Source: Geosiphon pyriformis uo1 (lineage: Eukaryota > Fungi > Glomeromycota). Taken from it: DNA of 64,000 nt. Under the pieces are notes generated by a model, which saw only the letters and a list, made by a program, of their open reading frames with translations, did not search any database and was not told the DNA's origin. Position 1 is the first letter of the stretch; the number at the start of each line of letters is the position of its first letter. The position numbers and the translations under genes were made by a program. Below, in pieces: positions 11,690-23,600 of this stretch. Location of the stretch: NCBI GenBank assembly GCA_016748015.1, contig JAAOMT010000512.1:1026719-1090718 (forward strand). Reading direction: 5' to 3'.

Positions 11690-14608
11690 ATGTCAACTTC
11701 TGACTCGAAGAAACGGATAAATTATTTCTATGATGGTGTGTATTTTTTGGGCGCATTTTAGGCCAAAAGAATTTGATTCTTGATTTTTATGATGGATATT
11801 GATAAATTGAATATTGCTTCCGCTATATAGACAAAATTGGGGATTATTCTCATGGTCCTGGTCATCCAATGAAGCCAATGCGAGTTAAAATGACCCATTC
11901 TTTGGTAATGAGCTATGGCTTATACAAAAAGATGGAAATTTACGTATCCTTTCACTATAATATTACCTTGAGAAACATATTTTGTTTTGATGCTCAAATT
12001 TGCTCCATATTCATCTTGGCAGCCTTAACTCATTATACTATACCTTGTCTCCAGAGACCTCGACCAGGAACAATTGAAGAATTAACCCAGTTTCACACAG
12101 ACGAGTATATTAAATTTCTGGGGAAGGTGACACCCGCGAATTTCGATGACTATTATCAAGACCAGGTCAAATGTGTGTATACACTCTTAAATTTTTTTAT
12201 TTCATAAGGAGTTACTGATTTTGCCTTTTTATACATGATTCTCGTATGACACTTAACAGTCAGTGTTGGTGATGATTGTCCCGTATTTGACGGTTTATTA
12301 GAGTATTGCCAAATCACTGCTGGTGGATCACTTGGTAAGTGATTAAAAAAATATCGTAAAGGTCACCTCTTTTGGTATTCAAATCGAAAAATTATATAAT
12401 TTTATCCAGAGGGCGCGGCACGACTCAATCACAACCTTTGTGACATAGCAGTGAATTGGGCAGGTGGCTTGCATCACGCTAAAATGCAAGAGGCTAGTGG
12501 ATTTTGTTATGTTAACGATATCGTGATAGCTATAATTGAATTATTAAGGTAGTCCTAATACTCGGTAACTTAATATTACTTCTTTTGAGAATACAATTTT
12601 ACTTTAATTTTTGATTTACTACAGATATCATCCTCGTGTGTTATACATTGATATTGATGTTCATCATGGTGATGGCGTCGAGGAAGCATTTTATACTACT
12701 GATCGGGTCATGACTTTGAGCTTTCACAATTATGGTGATTTTTTCCCTGGCACTGGGGATATCAATGTAATCTTTTATTCAAATGGACTTTTTCTAAATT
12801 TTGACTACATTCCTGTTATTAATGGAATATGACTTTGGTTCTGGTGATGAAAGGATATTGGCTATGGTAAAGGGAAATACTATGCAGTAAATGTCCCTCT
12901 GAGGGATGGCATCGATGATACAACTTATAAGACGATTTTTGAACCGGTTAGTAAGATATTACCCAATAATTAATTAATGAACCTCATAGAATTCCCATTT
13001 TGATAAAATTGGAAATTTATAATCCTGTCCTTTTAGGTAGTGACACATGTCATTGAATGGTATCAGCCGTCGGTAATTGTGCTTCAATGCGGAGCTGATT
13101 CACTTTCTGGTGATCGACTAGGAACTTTTAATTTATCAACGATAGGTTATATTTTCGTCTTAATTTTGGTATCTATGCATATTTCAAACATCAATAATGA
13201 ATAAATGAATTTGCATAAAACAGGGCACGGTGAATGTGTTCGGTTTGTTAAGAAGTTCAATATTCCAATGCTGGTATTAGGTGGTGGTGGATACACTATA
13301 CGTAATGTTCCTCGATGTTGGGCATACGAGACTGCTATAATAGTTGACAAGGATGTTCCAATGGGTAGTACGAATTTTTTGTTTTTTTACATTGCCTATT
13401 TTTATTTTTTCTCACCAATCATCTTAATAGAGCTACCGCATAACGAATTTTACGAATATTTCGGACCAGAATATACATTGCACACGACACCGAGTAATAT
13501 GGAAAACATGAATTCTCCAGATTATCTCGAGGCAGCAAAGTAGCCTATGAGACTATTTTTATTGCTTTTATTGGATGCAGATTTTTGACTGATATATTCT
13601 CATTGGAATCGATCTTATATAGACTCAAGATTTTTGAGAACCTCGACAGATCGCGACATACACCTAGTGTTCAAATGCAAGGTTTTATCAGATTTCTTAT
13701 AAAATGACATTCAATTATCTTTCATAAAAATATTCTAACGAACTTTTTTAATGATGATAATATTTATTCACAGATGTGCCTCGGGATAGATATATGCTAG
13801 AAGATTATGATGAAGATCTGGAAGATCCAGATAATCGAAGAACACGTAATATAACCTTAAATCTGAATTCAATTTTTATTTAATTCTTTACATTATTGAT
13901 AGCCTTAATCTTTTGATAGAACGATCATGGGATAAGCGTATTGTACCAGATAATGAATATGAAGATTCTGATGATGAAGAGCAAGAAAGTAATTCTCGAA
14001 GAGGACGAGTACCTTATATTCGTACATACCGATACAAATTTTTAAGTGGTCAAGCAAAACTACAAGCCGCTAATACATCGGCATCCGCGGTAGCCGCAGA
14101 CACTATAATGGGTGATGCAGAAAGATCAAGCTCGGCTGATGCTGTAGTTCCACCAATACCACCATCTCCTCAAACCATGGCCCCGGGAATACAAGCCGAA
14201 GAAGAAAAAGAGGATGATAATGATATGGATGATGTGATAGAAGAGGTCTTAGAGGCTACTGATATGCAAGTCGATAGTTCTTTTAATCCTCACTCAGTAG
14301 CCTTATACCCTATTGAAGAGACCAATGGGGTCCCAACATCCTTTTCTTCTTCCTCTTCATCATCATTATCATCATCACCTTCACTTCTATCACCAATACC
14401 CACTGCTGAATCCGATTTGGTAGCGGTAAATACAGAAAACACTACATCAACTTCCACAACTCCACCACCACAGTCCCTATCAACATCGCCTCCCCCAACA
14501 CCCGTAGTGTCTGCTACAACCACCTCTTCCACTACTGTTCTTACTACAGATATTGTTACTACCACTGTTACTACAACAACTACTTCTCCTAGTAACATAA
14601 TTCCTTGA
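11690..14608 (+). CDS. RPD3: Class I histone deacetylase, Rpd3/HDAC1-type, multi-exon
   Basis: Start [15 protein letters not shown] at 11690. Spliced motifs [99 protein letters not shown], and the Rpd3-type [16 protein letters not shown]. Introns are GT-AG. Confidence 0.95.
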
Positions 14609-15988
14609 ATAAAATACAAAATTTTGGATATATATTAGGCTTAAATATTATTAAATTACATAAAATGATGTGATTTGTCAAAATAGTGGATCTTTATTAT
14701 TTGTAACAACTTGAATAAAGCGAACCATATTTCACGAAATTAATTGGCATATAAACTAATTAAAAGTTTTTGAAACTGAATTTAATTCTGGCAAGATTAT
14801 TAAATTATTTTATTTTTTACCAATTTGTATTTGTTTTTTATAAAAATATTTTGAACATAAACAAAATATGTATATATTATGAGCTTAAAATTAACATTTT
14901 ATTCATTCTTAACAAACCTATGTTCGATTTTTGATAAAAACATAGATAAATAATTTTGTGTTTTGACATTTTAGGTAATATTCAATGTTAAAATAAATTG
15001 AGGGAGAATTATATCAATTTAATTTGCATAAAAGTATAAAATCAAAAAAAGCTACAAAATAAGAATTTTTATAAAAATTTTGCCAAATTGTAAAACTTCG
15101 TAAAAAACGAATTAATATTGAATTCGGTTTGGATTGTGCTATGAGTTTTAATTTTTTTATTTTAAAAAAATATGCGATAAGATTTTTAAAAAATGAATTT
15201 TTATTATTTCAATCAAATAAATTTTTTAGGTAGAATTTCGAAAAAATAAATTTCCACTTTAAAATTTTAATTTTAAATTGGAAAATTAGTTATAAAGATC
15301 TTTAAAATCAAAAATAAGAGCTAAAAGTTTATATTATTATAATTCGATATATTTTGCTTTGCCAAAATTTTAAAAACCTGAAAAAAACAAAACCATTGAA
15401 ATCTCTTGGCTCGATTTGTATATATTAACTTTCAATTCAACAAAGTTTTCCCAATAAAAGAATTTTTGAATTTCCTCATTTTTAAATTTTTGGTAATAAT
15501 CATCTTTTGTATTCAATTTCTCTTTTTGCTTTTGAAGATAAAAGTCTTTTATTACCATTCAGGCTTTCTTTTAGGTTTGTATATAATTAAAAATTAAATT
15601 TTTAATAAGAATCTTTTTATCATTACGTACTAAACAAGTATTTGGTATTATCATGATGCAATCTTTAAAAAATATTCTCGGAAAATTTTACATAAAAGTC
15701 TTTGAAAATATTCTCTCCAATCAGAGTTAGATTCCAATGTTTCATATCCTTATAGACATCACAATACCCCCATCTTACGTCATTATTAAGCTTGATAGCC
15801 TTCGAATATATTGTAAGCGATATCATTACTAATTGTTTCAAAGCATATAAAATGAGTAAAAAACAATAATAAAAAAGCAAGACTCAAATTTTTTTTATTC
15901 AATCTTGTTCTTGGTTCTCAATTCTCCTGGTTAAAAATCCATAATTGCCCTGAAAAAACTATTTATTTCGATTCTATAAAACGACGAA

Positions 15989-16275
15989 ATGGCTTTGACC
16001 TTCTCGGATATCTTCAAATTCATCTTTGCCGTCATATTACCACCCCTTGGTGTATTACTTGAAGTCGGCTGCACAGTTGATCTGTTGATTAATATTTTGT
16101 TGACAATCCTTGGCTATATTCCAGGTAAGAACAATTCGTAGTTTAAAGGCTGATTTTTGAAATTTTTCTTTTCAACTTTGATGTACTCTTGAAATACCTC
16201 TTGCTAAGATCCCCACAATTTTATTTATTACATAAAGGAATCATTCATGCACTTTACATCATCCTGAAATATTAA
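15989..16275 (+). CDS. PMP3: Plasma-membrane proteolipid, PMP3/RCI2 family, 57 aa; 2 exons (15989-16124, 16238-16275); absent from the ORF track
   Basis: MALTFSDIFKFIFAVILPPLGVLLEVGCTVDLLINILLTILGYIPGIIHALYIILKY carries the family motifs ILPPLGV and LLTILGYIPGIIHA. Intron is GTAAGA...AG. Confidence 0.95.
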
Positions 16276-17339
16276 AGGCCGAACTCCAGAAGTCAATCAA
16301 GGATAGAGTGCCGAATAGCCTCACCAAAAATGAAAAGATTAGGCAACGGGAAATGATTTATTGTGAGAAGAGATGAAAAAATAACTTTAATTTTAGTATT
16401 AAATATACTATATATAAATATTGACCTTTGAACTATCCATTCTGTATTGGCAAGATGTAAGACAATAGTCTTTTTTCAATATAAATTTATTAATTACCGT
16501 TTGCTAATTAAATTAGCATCATGATTTTTGAATTTCGTGCATAAGCTCAACTTCTACCTTTAGTAAAAAAAAAGTCAAAAGTGAATATTTGTTGTCAACT
16601 AAATATTGCTTTTCCAAATTCGTGCCCCGCAGCTACTCGGCTATGAGGCATATAATCTGCATGCTTTCGATATGATCCTCTTTTCATGATTCAGGAAGGG
16701 GTCATTCGCTGAAATTATCTTTGCCACTTGGGTTTATATTATTAAACGTACATTATAATTTCCTTCTGTAACGGACCCACTTTAATATCCATTTTAACCT
16801 TTTGGGTCTCGCTGTCGTCAATTTTGTGAGTCAAGGGGTAACTGTAACACATCAATAGTTAAGGCGATTCTTTCCTGCGTGCAAGCCCGCAATTCTGGTA
16901 GTTGTAATAGTGTGATGTAATGACTTACATAAATGGAAAGGAAGATGATGTGTTGGTGCCTGTATATTACGTCTAATAATCAAAGAAGCTTTCATCGGAT
17001 ACCTTTTACGTCGTTAGCTTAAGACATTTCACATCTTGTACTTATCTATGATATCTCTTGCCTTTTCCGCAACCAACTTCCCACGATGCAGCCATAACCA
17101 TCACTATCCCACTACCAAGAAAGGTTACCTTTACGCCTGTGTCTCTAGCACCGAGATAATCTTAAGCAACTGACGAAGCCATTGATAGGAAGAGATAGCG
17201 AAAAAGGAGGGGGATATTTATTATCACAAGTTTGAACCTGATATTCATTATTTAAGCAAATGGTATTTATATGGGGCGTGCTGCAACAAAACCAGACAAA
17301 GTGAACATTTGACGTCACTTGGCATCTTTAATTTTTTAA

Positions 17340-17953
17340 TTACTTTCCTTTAACCTCAATTTGAGCACTCTGCTGAGAATTCAATTTTTCCAATTGAGAT
17401 TTTAATCGAGCCACTTCTTCCTTATAAGATTCTATTTCATTAATCAGTTTTTGAGGAGTTAGCTTTTTTAAACGTTCAATCTCTGCTTCTTGTTGCTTAA
17501 TTTTGTCTAATACCTCTTGCTTTTGTCTTTCATAAAATCCTCATGAGCCTCTCGTTCTTCGTGAATAGTTCATTCAGCATTATTCAGTTGCTCTTGGAGA
17601 GAGTTTATTTGTCTTTCATAAAAAACAGGCATACTCTCCCTTTGATGAGGTAAACGAGGAAGTTGTTTTTCTTCTAGATTTTCCTTACGCCTAATGCAAC
17701 GACAAAAAAGGTCAACATCTAATTTAGTTTGAAGTCTTCCACACCTTTCACATTTTGGTATTTGGTCATTCCAATACTTTGCCTCACACTCCTCGCAAAC
17801 CACATCATCCGAAACATATTCACCACTATCCTTAACACGACTTATTATTTGGCGAACAGATTTGTTATCCTCACCATAAAATTTAGAACAAAAATCACAA
17901 GTTTCTTTACTTTCGCTATCTAAATCTAAAACCACAAAATCTAATTCTCTCAT
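17340..17953 (-). pseudogene. Code-4 ORF C, Cys-rich (CDFC/CEEC/CERC/CRC) plus coiled-coil protein, frameshifted near 17530
   Basis: The ATG is 1 nt after the ORF B stop (TAG-C-ATG). The frame reads through TGA 17570-72 (NAE(W)TIHEEREAHEDFMK) and stops at TAG 17507-09. The natural-looking tail YERQKQEVLDKIKQQEAEIERLKK...QQSAQIEVKGK-TAA continues in another frame to 17340. Confidence 0.7.
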
Positions 17954-17954
17954 G

Positions 17955-18677
17955 CTAATTGGTTTTGATTTCTATTCTAGCAATTAGCTCTTGCTCTTGA
18001 TTTTTGGCTTTCTCTACTAATTTTTGGAAACCAGTTTTTATCTCGGTTCCTAATTGGCGAAATTTATTCTGTTTGGTTTTTCTAGGTAGAGGAGGTAAAG
18101 GCTTGTCAACCGCATAGTGTAGTGACCTTTTTAATTCGCCAATTTGTGCCTCTTGTTCTTTGTTTTTCTTGCGAGATTCCTCCAACTTTTTTGAATTGTC
18201 TTCTAGTTCTTGTTGAAGTTTTTTAACCAACAATTCTTGCTCATGAGCTCTATCCCTTGCTTCCCGCAATCTCTTGGATTTTTCTTCGATTTCTCTTGCC
18301 TTGTTTTCCAAGTCTTCTCTTAACTTTGCTTTTTGAGGATCATTTCATTCTTTACTAATTTCAAGAGCCTCTAAGTGGGCTTCAGATCTTAATCAACTTT
18401 CAATAATTTCAGCAATAAGACCTTCGTGCTCTTTGTTGCTAATTTTGTCTATTAATTCTTGAACTCAATTTTCATTTTTTTTCGTGTCTACGGCAGGAAA
18501 AAGTTTATCGTTTTCATCTGTTGAGATGAAATATTCATAATATTCTTGTAAGATATCTGTGATGATTTTTTTAAAGTGTTCAGCTTGTTCTTTAAAAAGA
18601 GTTAGCCCTTCACTCTTTCAAGTCAATTGCTGCTTTTCATGCTTTAACACATCAATTTCTCTGGAGTTTAAAGGCAT
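17955..18677 (-). CDS. Code-4 ORF B, 240 aa coiled-coil hypothetical protein (four TGA=Trp codons)
   Basis: From ATG at 18677 (MPLNSREIDVLKHEKQQLT(W)KSEG...) there is no TAA/TAG for 240 codons. TGAs lie at 18618-20, 18465-67, 18393-95 and 18345-47. Ends ...DKPLPPLPRKTK...QELIARIEIKTN. The ORF-track 118-aa ORF is only its C-terminal half. Confidence 0.8.
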
Positions 18678-18697
18678 TCTTTCAATACATAGTGAAT

Positions 18698-18904
18698 TTA
18701 TAAAGGGACTTGTCGACCTAACTTAACTGGGAAATTTTCACAAAATTTTGGTCAATTTTGCCCAGGATAATAAGTTAGTTGTTGTCTAATTTCTGCTGCA
18801 GTTAGATTGTTGTTTTTGTTAATCCCAAATTTTTCTTTTAATTGATTATTTTCTTCTACTAGATTTTTGTTTCTCTCTTCGAGTTCATTGATTATGTTTG
18901 TCAT
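18698..18904 (-). CDS. Code-4 ORF A, 68 aa hypothetical protein (TGA=Trp at 18752-18754)
   Basis: MTNIINELEERNKNLVEENNQLKEKFGINKNNNLTAAEIRQQLTYYPGQN(W)PKFCENFPVKLGRQVPL, ending in TAA 20 nt before the ATG of ORF B. Confidence 0.65.
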
Positions 18905-19033
18905 AAAATTTTATTTATATTAAGTATATAAATTATTTTAGTATTTTTTTTTTTTTTGCTTTAAAAAGTTGAAAGATTAAACTTAACTTAATGACAGTAA
19001 GGATAAGATTAACAAGTGACGATTGATTGTTTT

Positions 19034-20600
19034 CTATTTATTAATAGTGTCGATTGGTCTTGGACAGGTAAGATCTTTGAATTCATCTTGGACAAAGAGA
19101 CAAATATAATTGTAAAGATATTTTTGCTGCTCATGTTTCATTAAAGGAGGGGACTGGAAATGATAAGGTCTTGGTTTTTTGTATGATTTTTAAAGCTTCG
19201 AGTTTACAGAATTTTAGTAGCTTGAATTCCTGGAAAGGGCCATTAGCCACTTCTTGAGCTTGAACCACATCTGGATTATCACTGGTGAAAAGGAAATGAT
19301 GAAACCTTTGCAGACCAGGAAGCCTTTTAAAGTAAGTTTCCAAACCAATTATGATGTCAAGATATTAAGAACCTTCTTTACCATTGTAATGCCACGTTTT
19401 ATTTAGTTTGGTGATATTAGACTTTTTAACTATGTCTATTATATGATCTATACAATCTACTATGGTATTATAATAAAGTCTTTTAATCAGAACAAAGCTA
19501 CTATTGCATTTGAATTTGGTATGACCTGGAACCATAAAATTTAATTCAATACTTTCATAATAGTCAGCAATTACCAAATACAAGTAAAACCAGATAGTGG
19601 CATTGTTTTTGTCCTCCTGCATTGTCACAAGTAATCTTCAAGTGCTTCTCACCTTTATTCAATTGCTTAATTCCGTTAAAAACTAGGCTAAAGGTACCAT
19701 TTGAATCTTTTCCAAAAAGTTCATTTTTATCCAGCATGTAATTGATTTGCTCACAGACTGCTTCATCTTGGATACCAAACAAGTGCACCTTGCAAGCACT
19801 AAAGTAATAGACTTTGCCAATCTGTTGATCTGAATGAGGTACATAAACATTCTGGGCTCAGTTATAACTGTAATGAGCAACTGTGTCAATGCTGCAATAG
19901 GATACCTTGTCTTTGGCCAGTGAAAAATTTTGTTCGACGAGCTTTTTATGTTCTTCGGCTAATTTAGTATTTTTGTTATAATAGTTTCGCTCTAACTTGG
20001 CTTTAGATAAAAGCTTTTTATATTTCTTTAATAGGTCTTGGGCCTCTTCTTTTTTATGGGCATTAAATTGCAAGTTATTCCACAATTGTTGACAGATATC
20101 ACACAAGTCAGTTTGAGAACTCATGATTTGAATATATGGAGTAAGCTGATACCATAATTTGCAAAATGCATCATACTTGAGGACACGTAATTTACTATCT
20201 TATTTTAGACCAGCCAAAAAGTAGACGTTGGCTAGTACTGATCGCTCCTTTATCTATAGATCTGAGTTGAGTCATTAAGAAAATATCTTGTTCAGATTTT
20301 GCAATTCAGCAAATTCTGTTTTGAGCAGCTTGATTGAGCAACCACAGCTACAGCCTAGTTTTAAAAAACAGATAGCTTTCTTATATTTGTTCATAATTGT
20401 GTCATCTACCATATATATATATATATATATTATGTACAGTTTGTCTGGTTTTGTTAAATTTTTTTTAACAGCACACATTAAAATACCCCTGTATATATGC
20501 CCATTTAAAAATGTAAGGAGCAATTTTCTCGTCTTGTTCTTGTTTCAAAATGTTTCTGATGGTGCTGTAATTTTTTGGTTCCATAGTGGACTTGATGTAA
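19034..20600 (-). mobile_element. Degenerate DNA-transposon transposase, Sola-like DDD type (pseudogene)
   Basis: Frameshifted pieces reassemble as QTDLCDICQ, HYSY(D), VHLFGIQDE...QINYMLD, ITCDNAGGQ/KNN, FMVPGHTKFKC(D>N)SSF, FHHFLF, QKYLYNYICLFVQDEFKDLTCPRP. The DNxxGQNKN and GHTxxxxD motifs are typical of Sola-like transposases. TIRs not found; the 5' boundary is approximate. Confidence 0.7.
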
Positions 20601-23600
20601 ATTAGTTTCATATTCTTATTTTTTATACAGAGATAGTCTTATATATTTGACCAGTTTGTTGTTGGTTCGTGCTCAGATAATTACTAATCTTTTGTGACAT
20701 TGTAATGAATTGGTAAGAGGTCAAAGACTCTTCATTTGTAGACTTCTCTTTACTATTGTCCAATTGAATCTTTGTCCAAAATTGTCACATTACCACCAGA
20801 AAAATTTTTTTTGTTATGCACAGGCTTAAAAATTTTCATTTGTTGGCTGTCTTTTAGATATACACCTATATCTCTTTTCTAATATGTGTTCTATTGGCAC
20901 TTTAAAATTGGTTTTTTAAAACATTGACTGTCTTCTATAGAACCTCAGCAACAGTTAACCACCTTTGCCATCATACTTAAGGCTTTTTTTAGTTTTAGTA
21001 CAGCCTATTACTGTATTGAACAAGAAAGAACAAAAAAGGATACCAGATAATAAAAAGCTTCTGTTTATGGCCATACAGATATACTATCGTGTTAATGATC
21101 TTGAATATAAGTTTTTGTCATGTTATCAAACAATTAACTTTTGCTTTGTACTTTTGATAGCATATAAAACATCTGAAAATGCTTTACTCTGAAGATAGAT
21201 CAAGTTTAAGCTCACTAATTTTATTGTTTTAGACATAGAAAGGTTTAGATTTTCATGAAAAGAGTGGGCCAAGCCTTATCTTTTCACAAATTTCCAATAA
21301 TAAATTTGTGTTAAGAATTAACCAAATATTTAATTCGGCCTTTAGTGAATCTTTTGTCAAGAAAAATATTTAATGAACAACAAAGTAACTGTATTTCTAA
21401 AGATTAGTTATATCCGAATTTATTGTAAAAAGCAAGTTTATCTTAGTACAACAAATTCTGTAATATTTCAGAAATAAAGCCCTTTATAAATTTTGTCTTT
21501 GTTTGTTTAATAAAAACACTGTTGTCTTAAAGAAGTTACTTCTGCTTATTGCTATTGCTTATCTTTATGTGATCAGAATTATGGTTTTTTCTACATGCAG
21601 AAAACCAATTAAAATTGTATTACTTACAAATAAAAGATACTATACAGTCACATTCTTGAAACATCAAGATTCAATTCTGTTAATAGAAGGATAATATTTA
21701 CTTAAATTGGCCAAAAATTGGATCAAATAAACACTTTTAGTATATATAATTCTTATTTTATTAATAGTCTCTCCAGCTATAGTTAAAAGACTCTAAAGAG
21801 CAATTTTTAAACAGAAGGCAGTTGTAAATTACATATTAATTAGTAATAATCTACTAAAAAATCTGTTGTATATAGTAATATAAATGTAAATTATTTTTTA
21901 TTTTGATTTTTGAATGTTTTATTTACTGTTTATGTTTTTTATTTTATACAGAAAATAGCATCTCAAAAATAACTATAAAAAGGCAGTAAAACAGAATCTC
22001 ATACTAGAAAAACTGAACAATTTCAAAAAAAATATTAATCAGATTTTGCTATCTAAAGATTATATTAAAAACTTATTCAAGAGATTCAGCAAAACAATAG
22101 ATATAAGCAACATAACTGAACTGAATTTGTCTATTTATCTTAAGAAAATCAAAAACTTTAACATAGTACAAATATATAATGGCTATTTTAAATAATATCT
22201 CTACTTTTAATACTTTAGTTACTATCTCTTTGCAGAATTCTGGTTTTAAAATAGGTTTGATTAAACAAAATAAAAAAAATGTAAATAATAATAACTACTG
22301 TATTATTATAACTATTTTATAGCAGATTGTTTAAAATAAACATAGTTTTTTCAATATAAAATAGCAATTAGTTTTTAAATAAAAGTCAATTATTAAACAT
22401 TTAAAATTTTCTGTAATGTTATTTTAAAATATTTAAGTGATTTATTATTATAATTTCAGAAAAAATATACTTTTTTATGAGTAATTTAAATACTAAATAT
22501 TTCAATCTGATAAAAATTTTCTCTTAAAACTATGATTTTAGAGAGCACAGTTTCTTAATTAATATAGTTTTAATTTCGAAAAATATGTTATTTTTAATTA
22601 AAATCAGATTTTTTTTTGGTTATTTTAAAAATTTATTCTATGGTTATATTAGTGGCACAGTATAGAAAGAGTTTAAATAAGTAAAAATAGTTACAATAAA
22701 TTTATGATTTTTTGTAATATATAAATACTATTATTATTACAAGTTTATAATACTAATTTTATTCTTATTTTTTTAGGTTTTTTTCACAAATATAAAAAAA
22801 GATTAATTCAAAAAAATAAAGTCTTTAACAATTATCAATGCAATGAATAATCATATAATTTACTTAGTATTATTGAAAAATATATATATATTTATGATAA
22901 ATATATAAAAAAATAAGATTTATAATAAAAGTTTGTATAATATTATTCAGATTTTTTTTTGAATACATTTTATTTTGGCCAAAATAGTACAGCACTAAAA
23001 CATTTAACAGTAAAAAGCCATGAAAAAGCAGACAAAAAAAGAACAATACAGTCTAAATTAATAGTTTTAAAATTTAAAATACCAAATATCTTGTCTTATA
23101 AATAAATTAGTAATAATTATTATTAATAAACAGTCTATATATGTAATACAAAAAATTAAAAAAAAGCTACAATAATCTTTACAGTCATTTACCAGAAATA
23201 TATAGTACAAAAATAAGTAGTATAAACAAAATATAAATGCTAATACAGTATTTTCAGATGTCAAAAATATAAAAAAAAAAAATTAAAACCAGAAGTTATT
23301 AATAAAAACTATTTAAGCTTTTATGTTTATTATAAAAATGCTTATTGAATCAAAAAAAGTTCTGTAAATTATTATATATAATTATAATAAATATATTGTA
23401 TTTAAAAAAATAATATTTATGAAAAAAAAGATAGTAACAACAAAAATTACTAATTTTTTCTGGCTCTTTGTTTAACAAAATACAAATGACAATTAGTTTT
23501 AAAACTTTATATTCTAATATATATACTATTAATTGTACTATCAAATATTATTTTAATTATTACTAATTTTTTATCTTTTGTTTAAAATTTATTTATTATC

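Larger units (their letters stand above)
17340..18957 (-). other. Bacterial-style, genetic-code-4 insert, probably from a Mollicutes-related endobacterium (MRE / Ca. Moeniiplasma); 3 operon-like ORFs
   Basis: Intronless co-oriented ORFs with 20-nt and 1-nt spacers. Six in-frame TGA codons interrupt otherwise open frames. Proteins are Lys/Glu-rich coiled coils. CpGs are retained, unlike the adjacent TE relics. Confidence 0.8.

Noticed and set aside
14290-14619. Antisense Val/Gly/Asp-rich ORF
   Set aside because: Mirror of the low-complexity HDAC tail.
16621-17250. Protein-like fragments (RKGSFAEIIFATW on plus; EVGCGKG and GVKVTFLGSGI on minus)
   Set aside because: Isolated short resemblances to different families on opposite strands, with no collinear support.
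17340-18904. In-frame TGAs as selenocysteine codons, a mitochondrial insertion (NUMT) or a mitovirus
   Set aside because: The six TGAs sit in non-redox contexts, the layout is intronless and operon-like, no SECIS is visible, and there is no resemblance to mitochondrial genes, homing endonucleases or RdRp motifs.
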